A stretch of 63,525 nucleotides of DNA, from assembly GCA_000182565.2 (NCBI GenBank), contig KQ257458.1; one strand, 5' to 3'. Below are positions 38,401-49,607 of this stretch, in pieces. The notes beneath the pieces were generated by a model that saw only the letters and a program-made list of their open reading frames with translations, ran no database searches and was not told the DNA's origin. The first letter of the stretch is position 1. The number at the start of each line of letters is the position of its first letter. The DNA comes from Spizellomyces punctatus DAOM BR117. Lineage: Eukaryota. The position numbers and the translations under genes are program-made.

Positions 38401-40159
38401 TCCTCAATCGAATCCCCTGTTCTACACCTATTGGATTCGAAAAGTCGGTGACATACCCTGGAGCAATTTGGGCCCACGCTCACAATTTTCCGTGCTCGAC
38501 ACGGTGCTCGCGGAGGGAACATATGAAGTTACAGTCAACGTTACAGATGCTGCAGGCTCTGTTGGTGCTCTACAACCCGTCTACAGGCTGACGGTCAGAC
38601 CTCGCCTCACTAGGCGACAGGTGCAGCCAATTTCAGAACCCGCCGTCACGGCCTTCGCCTTTCTGAACGCTTCTATAGAGAGCTATCTAGCCACCTCCGA
38701 CTACCGAACAGCTCAAACCAACCTTGTTGTGGCTATTCAAGATCTGAGCCCAGAGTTGCTGAATACTGCGTACCACGATACTCTCCTCACATTTTTTGGC
38801 TACCTTCTCAACTCTGGAAGCATTTACATGGACGCCCAATCTGGAGGCCCTTATATGTTGCACGCGCTGCAATCCATGACAATGGACTGTTACAATCTTA
38901 CGACGAATATTACTACCAGGCTACTGAGTTCTTTGAATGCCGTTATGACACAGATTGACGAGACCACCCGAGGGGCGGGAAACTGTGTTGGAAGCGCAGC
39001 TACGAATGATGCAATGAAGGTTTTGGATGCAGTGATGGGCTCACTAACACATCATCCAGATGAAGGGGATTATAGAATTATCACACAGCTGGATGGAATC
39101 ATGAAGAGGATTGAAAGCTGTGTGTATCGAACGTTAACGTGTGGTGGACCTGTTTTCACCGTCGATCAACAATTTGTAAACAAAACGGTGGGAATCGCTC
39201 AAGTCGATCCTTCTACTGGCCATTTGGACTTCTGCGGGCGGTTCAACCTTCCTGCCTCAGCTAGTCCGGTTAGCAGTGGTTCTTGTCTCAAGTTCAGCTG
39301 TGCCGTAGTAAATAGTAATGCGCTCACATCATCAGTGGGCACAGCTGCCATGGCGGGTCTTGGAAGCAACCTCACTAGCTTATCGTTGTACGGAAGCACG
39401 CCCATGGTGCCCTTGAATATCTCACTGCCAGACCAAAGCATTAATATTACTCTTGGTGTCGATCGTGAGATTCTCGCTCGGCAGCAGGCGCAGCCTGGAT
39501 CATCACTTGTTTGTGCATGGTTTGACTATGTGAAAGATGGAGGGCGATGGTCGACAGACGGATGCACCTTGGCCGCATTGAATGAGACAACCTTGACAGG
39601 TGTTTGCCAGTGCAGCCACCTGACGGACTTTGTAATAGACCTTCAAAATCCAGGTGGAAGTACCCCACTTGTCCAGCCATCGATACCAACTCCAACGTCA
39701 ACGTCTACCACGTCGCCTGACGACATGAAACCACCGATTGCCGAACCTCAAGGAGCACCGACACCATCTGCATCTTCAACTGAGAGCGTGCTAGCAGGCC
39801 CTCCCCAAGATCAAGTGTCTAGCAACTCTGGTAAAATAGCAGGAGCAGTTGTGGGGTCGACAGCAGCCGTAGCTCTCCTTGCCGGTCTATTATTTTGGTA
39901 CCGTCGCAATCATAACCACAAGTGGTGGACATTCCAGGGCCTTCCCAGAGCAATCCCACCTCCGCAGCAGCCGCTCCCAACATCTCTCCCCCGTCAACCG
40001 CTACCAATGGCCGTTCCTGGCCCACCTCGCGCATACGGTTTCAGAGAAGCACGACGTGAGGAGTTGCCCGAATACGTGTTTCCGCCGACGTGGCAGGAGC
40101 ATTTGGAAAATGTTGGCCAGGCTGGGGGGAGTACAGAGAGGCTACACACAGGAGGTTGA
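35468..40159 (+). CDS. Polycystin-1/REJ-like single-pass receptor: signal peptide, S/T mucin region, IPT-like, REJ, GAIN/GPS, TM
   Basis: Intronless ORF of ~1560 aa. REJ-like motifs DLSRSMGSAGR and P..GYCS...TDGLAYQSVFRISCAGWVTDP..PLFYTYW; GPS CAWFD...WSTDGC.....CQCSHLTDF; TM IAGAVVGSTAAVALLAGLLFWYRR. Confidence 0.85.
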   Translation: MMLGQVLSLVCLAILLQVSRSAVVSGRVDSITLDIALSDVLGRQASAGSVPTGLLSTSASATATSLSSSPQSSATSTWDSSSSLSPSSTNAFPSSSASFGTASSSSSSSAPITTSTPITVSSSASGHSSTAGSATSSTFAPTPLPSAIAPSPITVTAIEPPTLYTNRGRQNIILSGNGFSILRAAEFSVSFTNITIPAGATTVTTLSDSVVAVTVDTDAISLNGDVYRNGSLIISIRGAADTVRDVRWVDPVKSIATIVSPSKVTIGVGSPVHITGINLLPPVGQALCVFNATRISATNATYDNGTYTCLAPDMYGSGILEVNLLYYTPQRDLSSFGGRNSTDYNRPTDYVSTVVGQPLLLYYRAGPPKVIYARFTITGAIEFRYDRPVTVYDANLFAVDPKASHSTLISALNGRETFTCEKMFLNPNGGTGRLWVTQANAECYIQRMDARTFRIIIGASEAQKIIEAGLSPVVAGDSLSLKPGAVWTAGEELSETGTGSTIVEGILSPNRIVRPTVLVKAPQIIGSCSDVTFDLSRSMGSAGRNFNQSTFSVAPAVDSLQAELTAFAKAFILRNELVYTIAASKIPVGRYQFTFTLRNFLGGVGTSTFILEKFDRRDIPYVTITGPANDAPLDQLHTITAEVAATCGALRPVSFQWESQDVLISTANGTMVTMEAYSLSHQSRYSFIARAKFTDEPSPTLWTLNYTFTTELDRVMPVTITEVLAGGGTNKNASQSPLLLSTTLFDSGYPPSNVNISDFTCIWNCTRVGEPFGTPCIKEETGQGASIPAICTGADITGYLDTGRYAFTLETVRIGTGAISSTDESGAPMFVDVIDQWIPLVTVTPNMPYPSRWDLYELRAGVNPISVLNGVDKVRYSWFSNESCHGDIFSTVDVADTSKVQWQPGAPTLRFLPQTLLAAGKYCFTVFANDTARNAIGQASIVVSVREAPFAGYCSLNATDGLAYQSVFRISCAGWVTDPQSNPLFYTYWIRKVGDIPWSNLGPRSQFSVLDTVLAEGTYEVTVNVTDAAGSVGALQPVYRLTVRPRLTRRQVQPISEPAVTAFAFLNASIESYLATSDYRTAQTNLVVAIQDLSPELLNTAYHDTLLTFFGYLLNSGSIYMDAQSGGPYMLHALQSMTMDCYNLTTNITTRLLSSLNAVMTQIDETTRGAGNCVGSAATNDAMKVLDAVMGSLTHHPDEGDYRIITQLDGIMKRIESCVYRTLTCGGPVFTVDQQFVNKTVGIAQVDPSTGHLDFCGRFNLPASASPVSSGSCLKFSCAVVNSNALTSSVGTAAMAGLGSNLTSLSLYGSTPMVPLNISLPDQSINITLGVDREILARQQAQPGSSLVCAWFDYVKDGGRWSTDGCTLAALNETTLTGVCQCSHLTDFVIDLQNPGGSTPLVQPSIPTPTSTSTTSPDDMKPPIAEPQGAPTPSASSTESVLAGPPQDQVSSNSGKIAGAVVGSTAAVALLAGLLFWYRRNHNHKWWTFQGLPRAIPPPQQPLPTSLPRQPLPMAVPGPPRAYGFREARREELPEYVFPPTWQEHLENVGQAGGSTERLHTGG

Positions 40160-41764
40160 GATGGGTATGTAGATGCTGGTGAACGAGAATGGGCACTTTG
40201 AATATATATATCAATAAATTGGATTTTGTGACATAATGTTCGGTACGGGCAAAGACTCGTTAGTGCGAAATTGAAGCATGCCGGTTTCGTAATTGCTCGC
40301 AGCTTGGCTAGGCTGGGTCATTTTTCAAAGTGCCGTTCGGTAAGTTTCTGAACATCCAAAAGATGAAAACTAAATATATTACCGATGTTCGGAGCTAATA
40401 ATGCTTATCGTGCATTGTCACTTGGTAAAAATAAGGCAAGATATCTCCTCGATCAACACCAATAGATAAGGAAAAGTGCTACTAGATTAGGAACTGAATC
40501 ACGTTTGCTCGTCAATGGGATTCATTGAGGTATTTATTATACAAGTTACGACTGACACGGAGGCTCCACTTGCAAAATTGAGAGAATGGTGGAAACAATC
40601 CAGGAATCAACGATATTATACGCGAATGCCCCCAAGTTTGAAAAGGCACTAGTGCTGCGTCTGCCCGCACGCCTTTACATGTCGCATATTACGCAAATGT
40701 GAAATATTAAAGAAGTAAGCGTTCATTTTTGGAGTTCAACTCATTGTATTTGAATAATCCTCCTGCTTGAGATATATATTTGTCTGTTTACAACACAAAA
40801 TAATAACGTATTCTGGTAATGACAAGGGTCGCAACACCGGTATACCTGCAACTCGAGTGCAGACGGAGGATGCTGGCTGGGCGGCCAGACCTATCTTTCA
40901 GCGCATTCAGCAAGGCCGCGGCAAGAGTAACATTCCTTTCATACATTTGTTTGGAAATCCATAAAGTACTGGACGGCACAGTAATTTGAGGAGGTCGCCG
41001 CTCAGCGCATATGTGAAGGATGTGACGACACCATAAACGGTCTTGAGTCTGGACTAGGTAAACCCTTCATTTGGTCACCCTTTGTTTATACGACTTACGC
41101 AATCAGGCTTGGTGTGGCCGCCGTCACGTGAATCGGCCATCAAACGCCAAATCCCCCCGCATGGCCTGTCAACCGTTCCGTCGCCTGTTCACCCTCTGCT
41201 TTTGCTGTCAACAGCGTCCCACTGCCGATTCCGACGCTTCATAACCTGCACGATATATTTTTGTACATATTTGGTGTTCGTCATAGTGTGCAGCAATTCC
41301 GTAGGCTAGCGCCCGTGGTAAGTCAATCGGTTGACACGGAAAGTTTTCTTGTACCTAGATGAGGGACGCAGGGAGGGTATATGAAAGCGGGCATATTGTC
41401 AGTATGCGTTTCGGTGTGGTATCCATGGGGAGGAGTGTATTTAATAGGCTGTAAATGCTTTGGATGTTGGTCGGGCAATTTGTCATGAGGTACGGAGTGA
41501 GTCGTATGTACTGGAGGGAGCTACTATGACCTGTGCGGTATTACTCGTATGTTGCTATCGCATGTAAACACAGCAAGTGTATAGTTCCTTTCTAACAGGC
41601 AGCAATAAAATTGTTTCCAATTCCTGATAACACTTGTCCCTTGGATCTATGCTGAAAGCTCCCTCTCCCGCAGGAACACTTGTAATTCTTTCAGGAACGT
41701 CCCGATCATCGCGGGAACACAGCTGTACAGCCTCTCCAGAGACTGTAATTAAGAATAGCTAATA

Positions 41765-43088
41765 ATGGCGGACGACGAAGCTTTTGATCTGTATGGAGAT
41801 GATCCATTCGTTTCAAAATCGGTAAGTTTTAGGTGGTTAATCGACTGTTCGATTTGTGCTTTGACCTTATACCCGATTTGACTGAGCAGAGCGACCTTCT
41901 TTACGATGACCTATTGTCAACGAATGCAGATGAGCCACAATTGAACACGTACGTTGAGGACGACGTGTTGAGTTTTGGGATGAATGGTAAGACCACGTCT
42001 ATCAAAGACAAATAGATGCAATATTGATACAAACTCCCTTTTGTAACAAGCTGAACACGAGGAAGCACAAGCAGCTCTTGACTTTGAAGGGAAATCGGCG
42101 GTTGAAACGCCCGATTCGAAAGACCTTGACTCAAGCGGCGGGCATCAATCACATCTCACCGGTCAAAACGCTCTGCACTCCCAATCATCGACAAATACTC
42201 CATCAGGACCGACAGGCATCATAGTCGGCGATCTAACATGGGTTTGTATTCATACAAGGAGCGAATGCGTAGAGTGCGAACTTTAACATATTTTTCGCTA
42301 GTGGACAAGCGATGAGGACCTCCGCTCGATTGCTGTAGATGCTGGTGTTGGTGACCAATTGGTGGCAACAGAGACTACCTTCCAGGAGCATAAGGTCAAT
42401 GGGAAATCGCGCGGGATTGCATATATGACCTTTCAAACGCCAGACGCTGCGAAGACCGTGAAGGGAATGCTGGAGATGATGTAGGTTGGCGCCCTGCGAT
42501 TGCTGATCACTGTTTTAGTCCATGCATTGACGGGTGATTTCGCATGTTTGTGCATCTACATCTGGCAGTGAAATACACGGTAAAAAGCCGACAGTTGCCT
42601 TTGCTGATCCAGCACAGAGAAAAAACCCCTTCCGACACGTCCCGAGAGACCCGAAAGAAGCACGCGCCGCAAATGCACTTCGGAGCACCCATCAAAGTCC
42701 TCAAGGGACACCCACCCTTGGAACTGGAACCGTGGGGCCAATACGTGTATCGGCCAACCGTCTACAACAGCAACAACAACTGCGAGCCAGCCCTTACGCC
42801 AAACCACGGCCTGCAGCCAATGGCGCCGCAAGAACGCCAGCACTTTCTGCTGCTGCTGGAATGGGAATGCCGTACAGCGGTGCCGGGTTTGGTGTGCGAC
42901 CGCCGGCCGGTGGACCATACGGAGGTCCTATGGAATGGGACATGGAGTTCTATGGTGGTCCAAGACCGCCCATGCCAATGTATGGCGGCGGCCCAGGCTC
43001 AGGAAGGCATCATATGGGAGCTGGCGGTGGGTTCCCACCCATCCCACCATCGCATGGAAGGCCTTATGGAAGGCCTGGGTGGAGATGA
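41765..43088 (+). CDS. CPSF6/CPSF7 (CFIm68/59)-like RRM protein
   Basis: N-terminal FDLYGDD; RRM IVGDLTW|WTSDEDL...FQEHKVNGKSRGIAYMTF; G/P-rich tail. Confidence 0.8.
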
Positions 43089-43364
43089 TTGTGTAGTGTT
43101 GGCGTTGCTAGAATGTACCATATAGGCGAAAGGTTGTATGAGTATTCACTCTGTGTAATTTGTAATTATGCGATTTTACTTTCAGTTTCTGTCGCTTCAA
43201 CCATGTACATTTTGATAATCAATAGAAGCCTTGAAGTTACGTTTAAGCTCGTGGTTCCCACATATGTGTACAAAATACCACTTTACACCTCTGCTTTGTT
43301 GATACTCAACGACTGATTGTGTTTTATCACCAACATAAGTTTCAAGTCAACTCACTGATTTCAA

Positions 43365-43450
43365 GCTTCCGTGGCGCAATTGGTTAGCGCGTTCGGCTGT
43401 TATCTCGTATAGCTACCGAGAGGTTGCCAGTTCGACCCTGGCCGGGAGCG
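43365..43450 (+). tRNA. tRNA-Asn(GTT) with 12-nt intron (43403-43414)
   Basis: Acceptor GCTTCCG/CGGGAGC, D arm TGGCGCAATTGGTTAGCGC, anticodon CT-GTT-A^A with the intron at canonical 37/38, T arm GCCAG-TTCGACC-CTGGC. Confidence 0.95.
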
Positions 43451-43651
43451 TCCACCCCAACCTGAAGGATTTTTTTTCTTGGGAGTTCATTCGAAGCACC
43501 AATGAACCGGTTGCAACATTTAACCAGCAAAACGGTTGTTGTGTCATCGCGGTTCAGCACAAACTGTATTTGCTGTTTCCCCAAGTTTGCATTTGACTTT
43601 CATGTTTGGAATTCAACTGCAAACCGAGGGTCCCTTCTGGACGTAAATATC

Positions 43652-44434
43652 ATGGCAGTGAAACAAGCTTCCGAGTTGTTCTTGACACTATTAGTCCTCG
43701 TCCTCATTCACTCCACAACCGCCGCTAACTGGAGGTCAGGTCATGCAACCCATTACGGCCCTTACCCCTCCGTTCCGGCCCAATCCGAATTTGGATACCT
43801 CCCCAATGATGTTGGTGTAGGCTGTTCAACCGGAGAGCCCGGCGGAGACCCTCGCTGGAACGACATCCTCTCCAAAGGCGTTTACCAAAACCCAGTGTAC
43901 AATCAAACCGTATGGCCAAAACAGGCTACGGTTGCGGTATCGGAAGCGGTGTATGCGAGCACACCTGCCGATAAGACTCGGGTGTGTTTCCAAAAAGTGC
44001 GGATCAAAAGTCGAGTCAATGGAGTAGAATTGGAGGCTTTTATTGTGGATTTTTGTCCGGCTGTTGGGTGTAATTGGTCCCAAGAAGAGCGGGGGAATAA
44101 TGTGGATCTCTATGGAGAGTATACTTGGAAAGCATTAGGAGGGGAGGATGGTGGGGGTATGTTGGCTGTGGATATTGTGTGGCCGGATGGACTTGGATTG
44201 GATTCTGGTCGTGGATCTGGGTTGGCGGGAATTGTTATTGCGGCGATTGTGGTTTCTTGTTTGGCGTTCTTGGCGACTCTTGGATGGGCGATATGGTGGC
44301 ATGTCAAGCGACGGAGGTCGTTGGCGGCTTTTGAGGCACAGAAGAGTAATTGGACTCCTGCGGCGCCGGGAGCTGGGGTGGACTCATCGGCTGGACCGGT
44401 GACGCCGCCTCCAGTTGCGTTGACGTCGGCGTAA
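43652..44434 (+). CDS. Expansin/loosenin-like double-psi beta-barrel (RlpA-like) protein with C-terminal TM anchor
   Basis: Signal peptide; SGHATHY, VGC, TVAVS, CFQKVRI, AFIVDFCP..GC, VDL...TWKALG DPBB pattern; TM GIVIAAIVVSCLAFLATLGWAIWW followed by KRRR. Confidence 0.75.
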   Translation: MAVKQASELFLTLLVLVLIHSTTAANWRSGHATHYGPYPSVPAQSEFGYLPNDVGVGCSTGEPGGDPRWNDILSKGVYQNPVYNQTVWPKQATVAVSEAVYASTPADKTRVCFQKVRIKSRVNGVELEAFIVDFCPAVGCNWSQEERGNNVDLYGEYTWKALGGEDGGGMLAVDIVWPDGLGLDSGRGSGLAGIVIAAIVVSCLAFLATLGWAIWWHVKRRRSLAAFEAQKSNWTPAAPGAGVDSSAGPVTPPPVALTSA

Positions 44435-44578
44435 AAGACGTTATGGACATTTTGGAACTGTTACTACCTCATTGTTACATGTAGTCTCATTTGTTATACA
44501 GTACATAATTCAATTTTTATGCATATAGAATCACGTACACAAAAACTTATATATTATGAAAAAAAAATAATGAGGTGA

Positions 44579-47562
44579 TTACACGCCATCAAAAATATTC
44601 TTGGTCGGTGCTTTGGCTGGTCCTGCTTTTCGAGATGATGGGGGTGTTTTCTGCGCACCAGCACTCCCAGCAGTCTTGTTTTCATCACTCCAGTTTGATC
44701 CAAGCCCTCCCCATCCCCCACCTCCGCTATCTGTTTTTGATGCTGTGGATGTCCCAGATACCACACCAAACTTGCGACCACTTTTTGTTTGATTGTTTGT
44801 CTTTAGAGACTCTCTGCTACCAAATCCTTCTCGTCCACCCACAGATTCCAAGTCTTCCTCAAGTCGCTGGAACTTTCCACCTCCGTCTGTTGGGGCGGCC
44901 GGTGATTTTAATGCCGACAAGCCAAACCCTTTGAACGGGTTGGCCTTTTTGAACGTCCACAGACCACCCGCGTTGGTGCCATCAGCCGTACCCGCAGGTA
45001 CATTGACGGTCGAATTAATATCGTTGCTCGGTGCCCCTCGCCCAAATCTACCACCTGATTTGTACTTTGCTAGCAAATCCTTTGCTGTTCCAGCTGTTCG
45101 CGTGCTTCCAATTCGGCTTTGTCGCGACGTGGATGTAATGTCATTTGAGAATCGGGAATCGATCGTGCCACCAGTTCGTTTACGCTCTTCAACGGCACGG
45201 GCTGTGAATCATATTCACTCGTCAGCCGTTAATATGATACACGATGCAATCCTGTGGCAACTGACCTTGCTCAATAATTTGTCGTCCTTCTTCAATATCC
45301 GCATCATTCGGCGCAATGGCCTCATAATATGAATAATGTTTGATTTTAAACAGTCGCAGGAGCCGTCCGTGCATATTGAAGAGCGTCAGAAGCGCAAAAA
45401 TAAGAACGATTTCTGGCAGCCACTTGTTGTATCCTTCACCCAAAAGAGGCGTTAAGCTGACGGCTTTTCCCTGATACTAAAGGAAAGACATTTTAGTAAG
45501 CAAGTTCCCGAGCAAGTATGTCCCTGACGAGGAAAAAAAAATGGTAGATATAACGTACGGTTACAAACATGGTCTCATCGTCAGTGACCATGTTTAGGAA
45601 ATTATAACAAAGTGGAAAGGTCAGCTTGCTGTGAGATGAAATGAATGAGATTCGGATACTGATCAAAGAGAGCCGAATACCACTGTCAAGATCATATCAC
45701 GCACCATAGGTAACTCCCAATGAAGAGCAAGCTTCCTTCATCTGTATGATGTTCTGGTACCAGGTAGTAATCGAAAAATTTGATCTTGAAGAGGGTTGAA
45801 TATGCGCAAACACACATGTACAAAATGAAGCCCATTGCAACAAGCTGAGAAAAGTTTTGTCAGGGTCCGTAGTAGTTGATGCTCTACTTAAAAAAACAGC
45901 GAATACCTCCAAAGCAACATATCCAATATATGGCGACTTTAAAATCACGGCTGGCACGGATAATGTGACACTCTCCACTTGGAAGGTCGATTCCGACCAA
46001 ATGACGGCCAGGGAGGCCAGCACCGCAATGATACTGAGAAAGCGGAGAGCGATAGGACGAATCCAGACATAATACCACCAATCTGAAAGGCCAATATTAT
46101 ACACCTGTAAGGTGCAGTAGTTGTTTAACATCAAAATAACGTACATGATCGAAGTTTTATATCCTTAAAGCGATCTTCGGATACGGTGACAAGCGTAGAC
46201 TGGAATTTTCTGCAGCCAAAATGTCAGATCAGATCAGCTGAACGTAACCAAGGCGCGGCAGAAGACCACGGACCTATCCTTGTTTCGATAATTTTCAATA
46301 ACGTCCTGGTACAGGAAGGCCTTCTGCAGCAAAAACTGGTACTGCGCTTGCGTTCGATCCAAAACTTTAACAGCTCGTTTTATCCGTGCATGCAGGCTAA
46401 TAAGGTAATCCTCATTGACAGTCGCTACCATCTCCTCTCGATCAATATTGCGCTCCTCTAACGCTAATGGGCACTGGAAGAGCAGAAGATTCGATTCGTT
46501 ACTCTACAGTCCAGCGGTTTATGAGTTTATGTCACTAACTTTTTCCATGAGCTTGTCAACAAGGGGCCGCAGAGCGTCGCCAAGCTCTATTTTCCTCGAT
46601 GCTATAGCAATTTCCTAATCGATAGATATTAACGACCATATTTCGTACGACGCATCAATCCGGAAAAGACAATAGTAATACCCTGGAAACGTCATACAGA
46701 TCGGCTTCAGCGTCCACCATACTCTCCTTCACTCGCGGCGCCGTAAACTCCATGTATCTCAGGCACCACTGGGTGTTCGCATCAAACCATAGCGTCCGTG
46801 GAATCTCCACCAAGCCATATCCCATCATAACGGTGCTTAAAAGCAGACCCCATGCATTCGCCGCAGCAATGCCCATTGAAAGAAGTGTATCTCTACGGAC
46901 ATGTGGCATCAGATGGTTGTGCGACGCTTGCAGTGATTTTCGAAGCACCTACTTATTGATATGCATCACAACTAATGTGTAGATGAGGAACACCAGTCCA
47001 ACAGCTCCGAGGCCACCGTAGTACACCAGATTATCTTTCAGTGATGCCCAGAGCCGACGGCCGAAACGAAAGTCGCCCGCACGGATCCACGTTTGCATAA
47101 GAGGAATGGTGAACCTGATGCAATTTCTCATGAGTTTACTGTACTCCAGATGGAGCCCTTTGCGCACACTGAACGAAGTTACCATGTCAAACAGAACATT
47201 GTCCAATACACAATCTGCCAAAAGGTGCGCAAAAATCCTTCGGAGACATAGGCTAACGGCCGGTCACATCTGATCGCATTCGCATCCTCCACGCACTTCC
47301 GATAATGGGTCTAAAAACCAGTGAGAGGTGCTTGTTCAGCGGTGGACCTGATTGAAATGCTACTCAAAAGCAAGTTCCCAATGCAACTCACCGATGCCAA
47401 GTCCAACGGTAGTATGAGGGGTAAAGAGAATGGGAAAAGCCACGCCAAAAAGGCCACAAGTAGTGCGTACCATGGCAGTTTTCGAAAGTCTCCAAAGTAT
47501 TGTAAAAGCCCCAGGACGAGAAATCCTAGTGCGACGAGGATGAGAATGACAATGCTGTACAT
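44579..47562 (-). CDS. LMBR1-domain membrane protein (LMBRD2-like)
   Basis: FLAWLFPFSLPLILPLDLAS, IPLMQ...AGDF, SLKDNLVYYG, AAANAWGL...MGYGLVEIPRTLW, YYLVPEHHTDEGSLLF, PLLGEGYNKWLP, DIEEGRQII; many introns. Confidence 0.88.
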
Positions 47563-47745
47563 GATGTTTCTCTTCAGCGGAGTTTTAGGCGCAATTGACA
47601 GTCAGGAGGGTGTGTTGGAGAGGAGCCCTCTCCGATCGATTGTGAGAAGCGACGGTATAGCAATGTCTTGGTAGTGTTTGGGCGGGTCGGAAGTTGAAAG
47701 CAAAACGATTGCGGGCGAAGCGGTGCTGTGGGTCAAAGGGTAAGC

Positions 47746-47841
47746 AAAGCCCCGTCTCACGCGCTTAGTGTATTAGGTGACAGAAACTGGCACTAGCTAC
47801 TACACCAGGGAATAAACCAGCGATAACTGGTTCGGAAAAGC
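47746..47841 (-). ncRNA. Putative Fanzor omegaRNA: scaffold 47841-47766 + guide AGCGCGTGAGACGGGGCTTT
   Basis: Scaffold GCTTTTCCGAACCAGTTATCGCTGGTTTATTCCCTGG...ATACACTA; stem 1 shows a compensatory G-C to A-T change relative to copies 1 and 2. Confidence 0.75.
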
Positions 47842-48400
47842 CAAGTAATTCCCTCCTTACAACCAACCAACTACTACTAGGCCCAATTACACATGCAATA
47901 CATTACGGTTGTTCTAACCGGGTAACTAGCGCCCACCACCACGAGAGAAATCCTACTAAGCCCTTGATTCCGAAATTCTTTAGTCGGAGGATGTTCAGAT
48001 ACTAATTAAACCAGAATTAGACTCGGAATACGCGTGGGAAAATACAAAGATAATGCATACCTGCGATCGTTGCAGCATAGTAGTAGCAGTGTTTGCAAGG
48101 GGTTATGTTGTTGTCGTTGTCGGGCGGACGAGGTCCTCGGCACCAGAGCAATATTCTCATGATGGACTGAGACTTGTTGGGCGGATGCTTTGAGTCGAGG
48201 ATGGGAAAAGAGGAAAGAGGGAAAAGGCCCCCCTTTTATAGACCTTTGGCATGCGCCTCACCGCAGTTTAAAAAAAAAGTTACATTAGCATGCCACACCG
48301 CTTTGAGCAATAGATGGGGGTTCTGATTATGCGATATGATTAACCGGATTAATCCGGATAATAATGGGTCCTAGTGCCATTTTCAATCACCTCCACACTA
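47766..48400 (-). mobile_element. Non-autonomous Fanzor1-type 'ghost' element, copy 3 (complete, 635 bp, more diverged interior)
   Basis: Left TIR (reverse complement of 48371-48400) is identical to that of copy 2 and preceded by CAACA; right TIR at 47766-47796; TA at both ends. Confidence 0.9.
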
Positions 48401-48738
48401 TGTTGATGAGGGGTTCTTCGACGGAGGTCGCAGTAAAAAGTGATATAGAAACTCAGATACAAGCTTTTATTTCTTAACGATGCTCCAGTGTTTATTCTGC
48501 TGCTCCAGTATATGACTCCCCAACTGATGATGGCCCTTTATACAGCTCCAGCTCATGCTATACCCATGTATATGACATCTTCCAAGATCATTGCTAGCTA
48601 AGAGAATATACAATATTCCATGACGTCCATGACTATACAACACAATTAATGGGCTCCCTTTTCTCACTTCAATGTTTTCCAGAAAATATCCAGATTGTAG
48701 CAGACGTTCTGAGCAAGCCTCTGTTCAGGTCGATTTAC

Positions 48739-49131
48739 TTATACCTTGGAATAGGTGCACGACCTGCTGCGGAGCGTGCCTCTTGTTTTATTCGATCGAA
48801 CATGGCTCTTTAACAGGGAAAGGGACGGGGACCTTTTTGCAAAGTAATCCGTCGTCATCATCTCTACTCCACTGTCCTGGCGGTCACAATTCGGACGATC
48901 CGATTTTCGTTTCTCGTAAACCTCGGGTATCGTTTCCAATTTGGGTCGTGGCCGGAAACCGGCTTGTTCAATATCCTCTATTTTTACATGTACAATGGCG
49001 ACGGCAGTGATGGTTGGAAGGTGATGTACAGAATCGCTATCGTCGAGGGTGGACTTTGACGCTTGTTTCCCAAAAACTGCCTTGATCCAACGGGGCACGA
49101 AGCCGACACGAGATTTCCGTACTTTGTGCAT
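48739..49131 (-). CDS. Hypothetical basic protein (~130 aa)
   Basis: ATG-initiated ORF only; no recognisable motif. Confidence 0.3.
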   Translation of the reverse strand: MHKVRKSRVGFVPRWIKAVFGKQASKSTLDDSDSVHHLPTITAVAIVHVKIEDIEQAGFRPRPKLETIPEVYEKRKSDRPNCDRQDSGVEMMTTDYFAKRSPSLSLLKSHVRSNKTRGTLRSRSCTYSKV

Positions 49132-49607
49132 GATACAGGAAAAAGGAATCAAGGCTTCAAGCTTTTAACATGCAGGATAACATGCAGGATGCATAGAAGT
49201 TTTCCTTGGCCTGGACCGCCGTCAGGGGTGGACCACACTAGTGAATGACTTAATTTAAAGCGCGACAAACCTAGACCTGTCAGGACATTTTCGAATGACA
49301 CTGTTCCCAGCAACTCCATCGAACAATAATTTCAAAGGTAATTTGGAAGCAAATCGGAAGTAGGCGGCTGATCCGTTGTCGCATGAGAAGGAATCGTGAT
49401 CAGTATTACATTTTAAATCCCTTTTTCACGGAAACGGGCGGAGACGCATGGAAAAAGATTGCTGATCATGGTGGAATGTGAAATCCCTTGATTACAGCAG
49501 CACTCTCATATTTTTTCAAATGTCAAATTAATACCAATACTCTAACATGTAGAATAAAAAATAGTCCATAAAAACCATAGGTAGAAAATCGTCAGACTAC
49601 GATATCC

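Noticed and set aside
18496-48400. In-window Fanzor/transposase ORF, or in-window CATA+guide targets
   Set aside because: No RuvC- or DDE-like ORF seen. By eye the best CATA-adjacent guide matches were only ~4 nt (e.g. 60661); a computational search is still needed.
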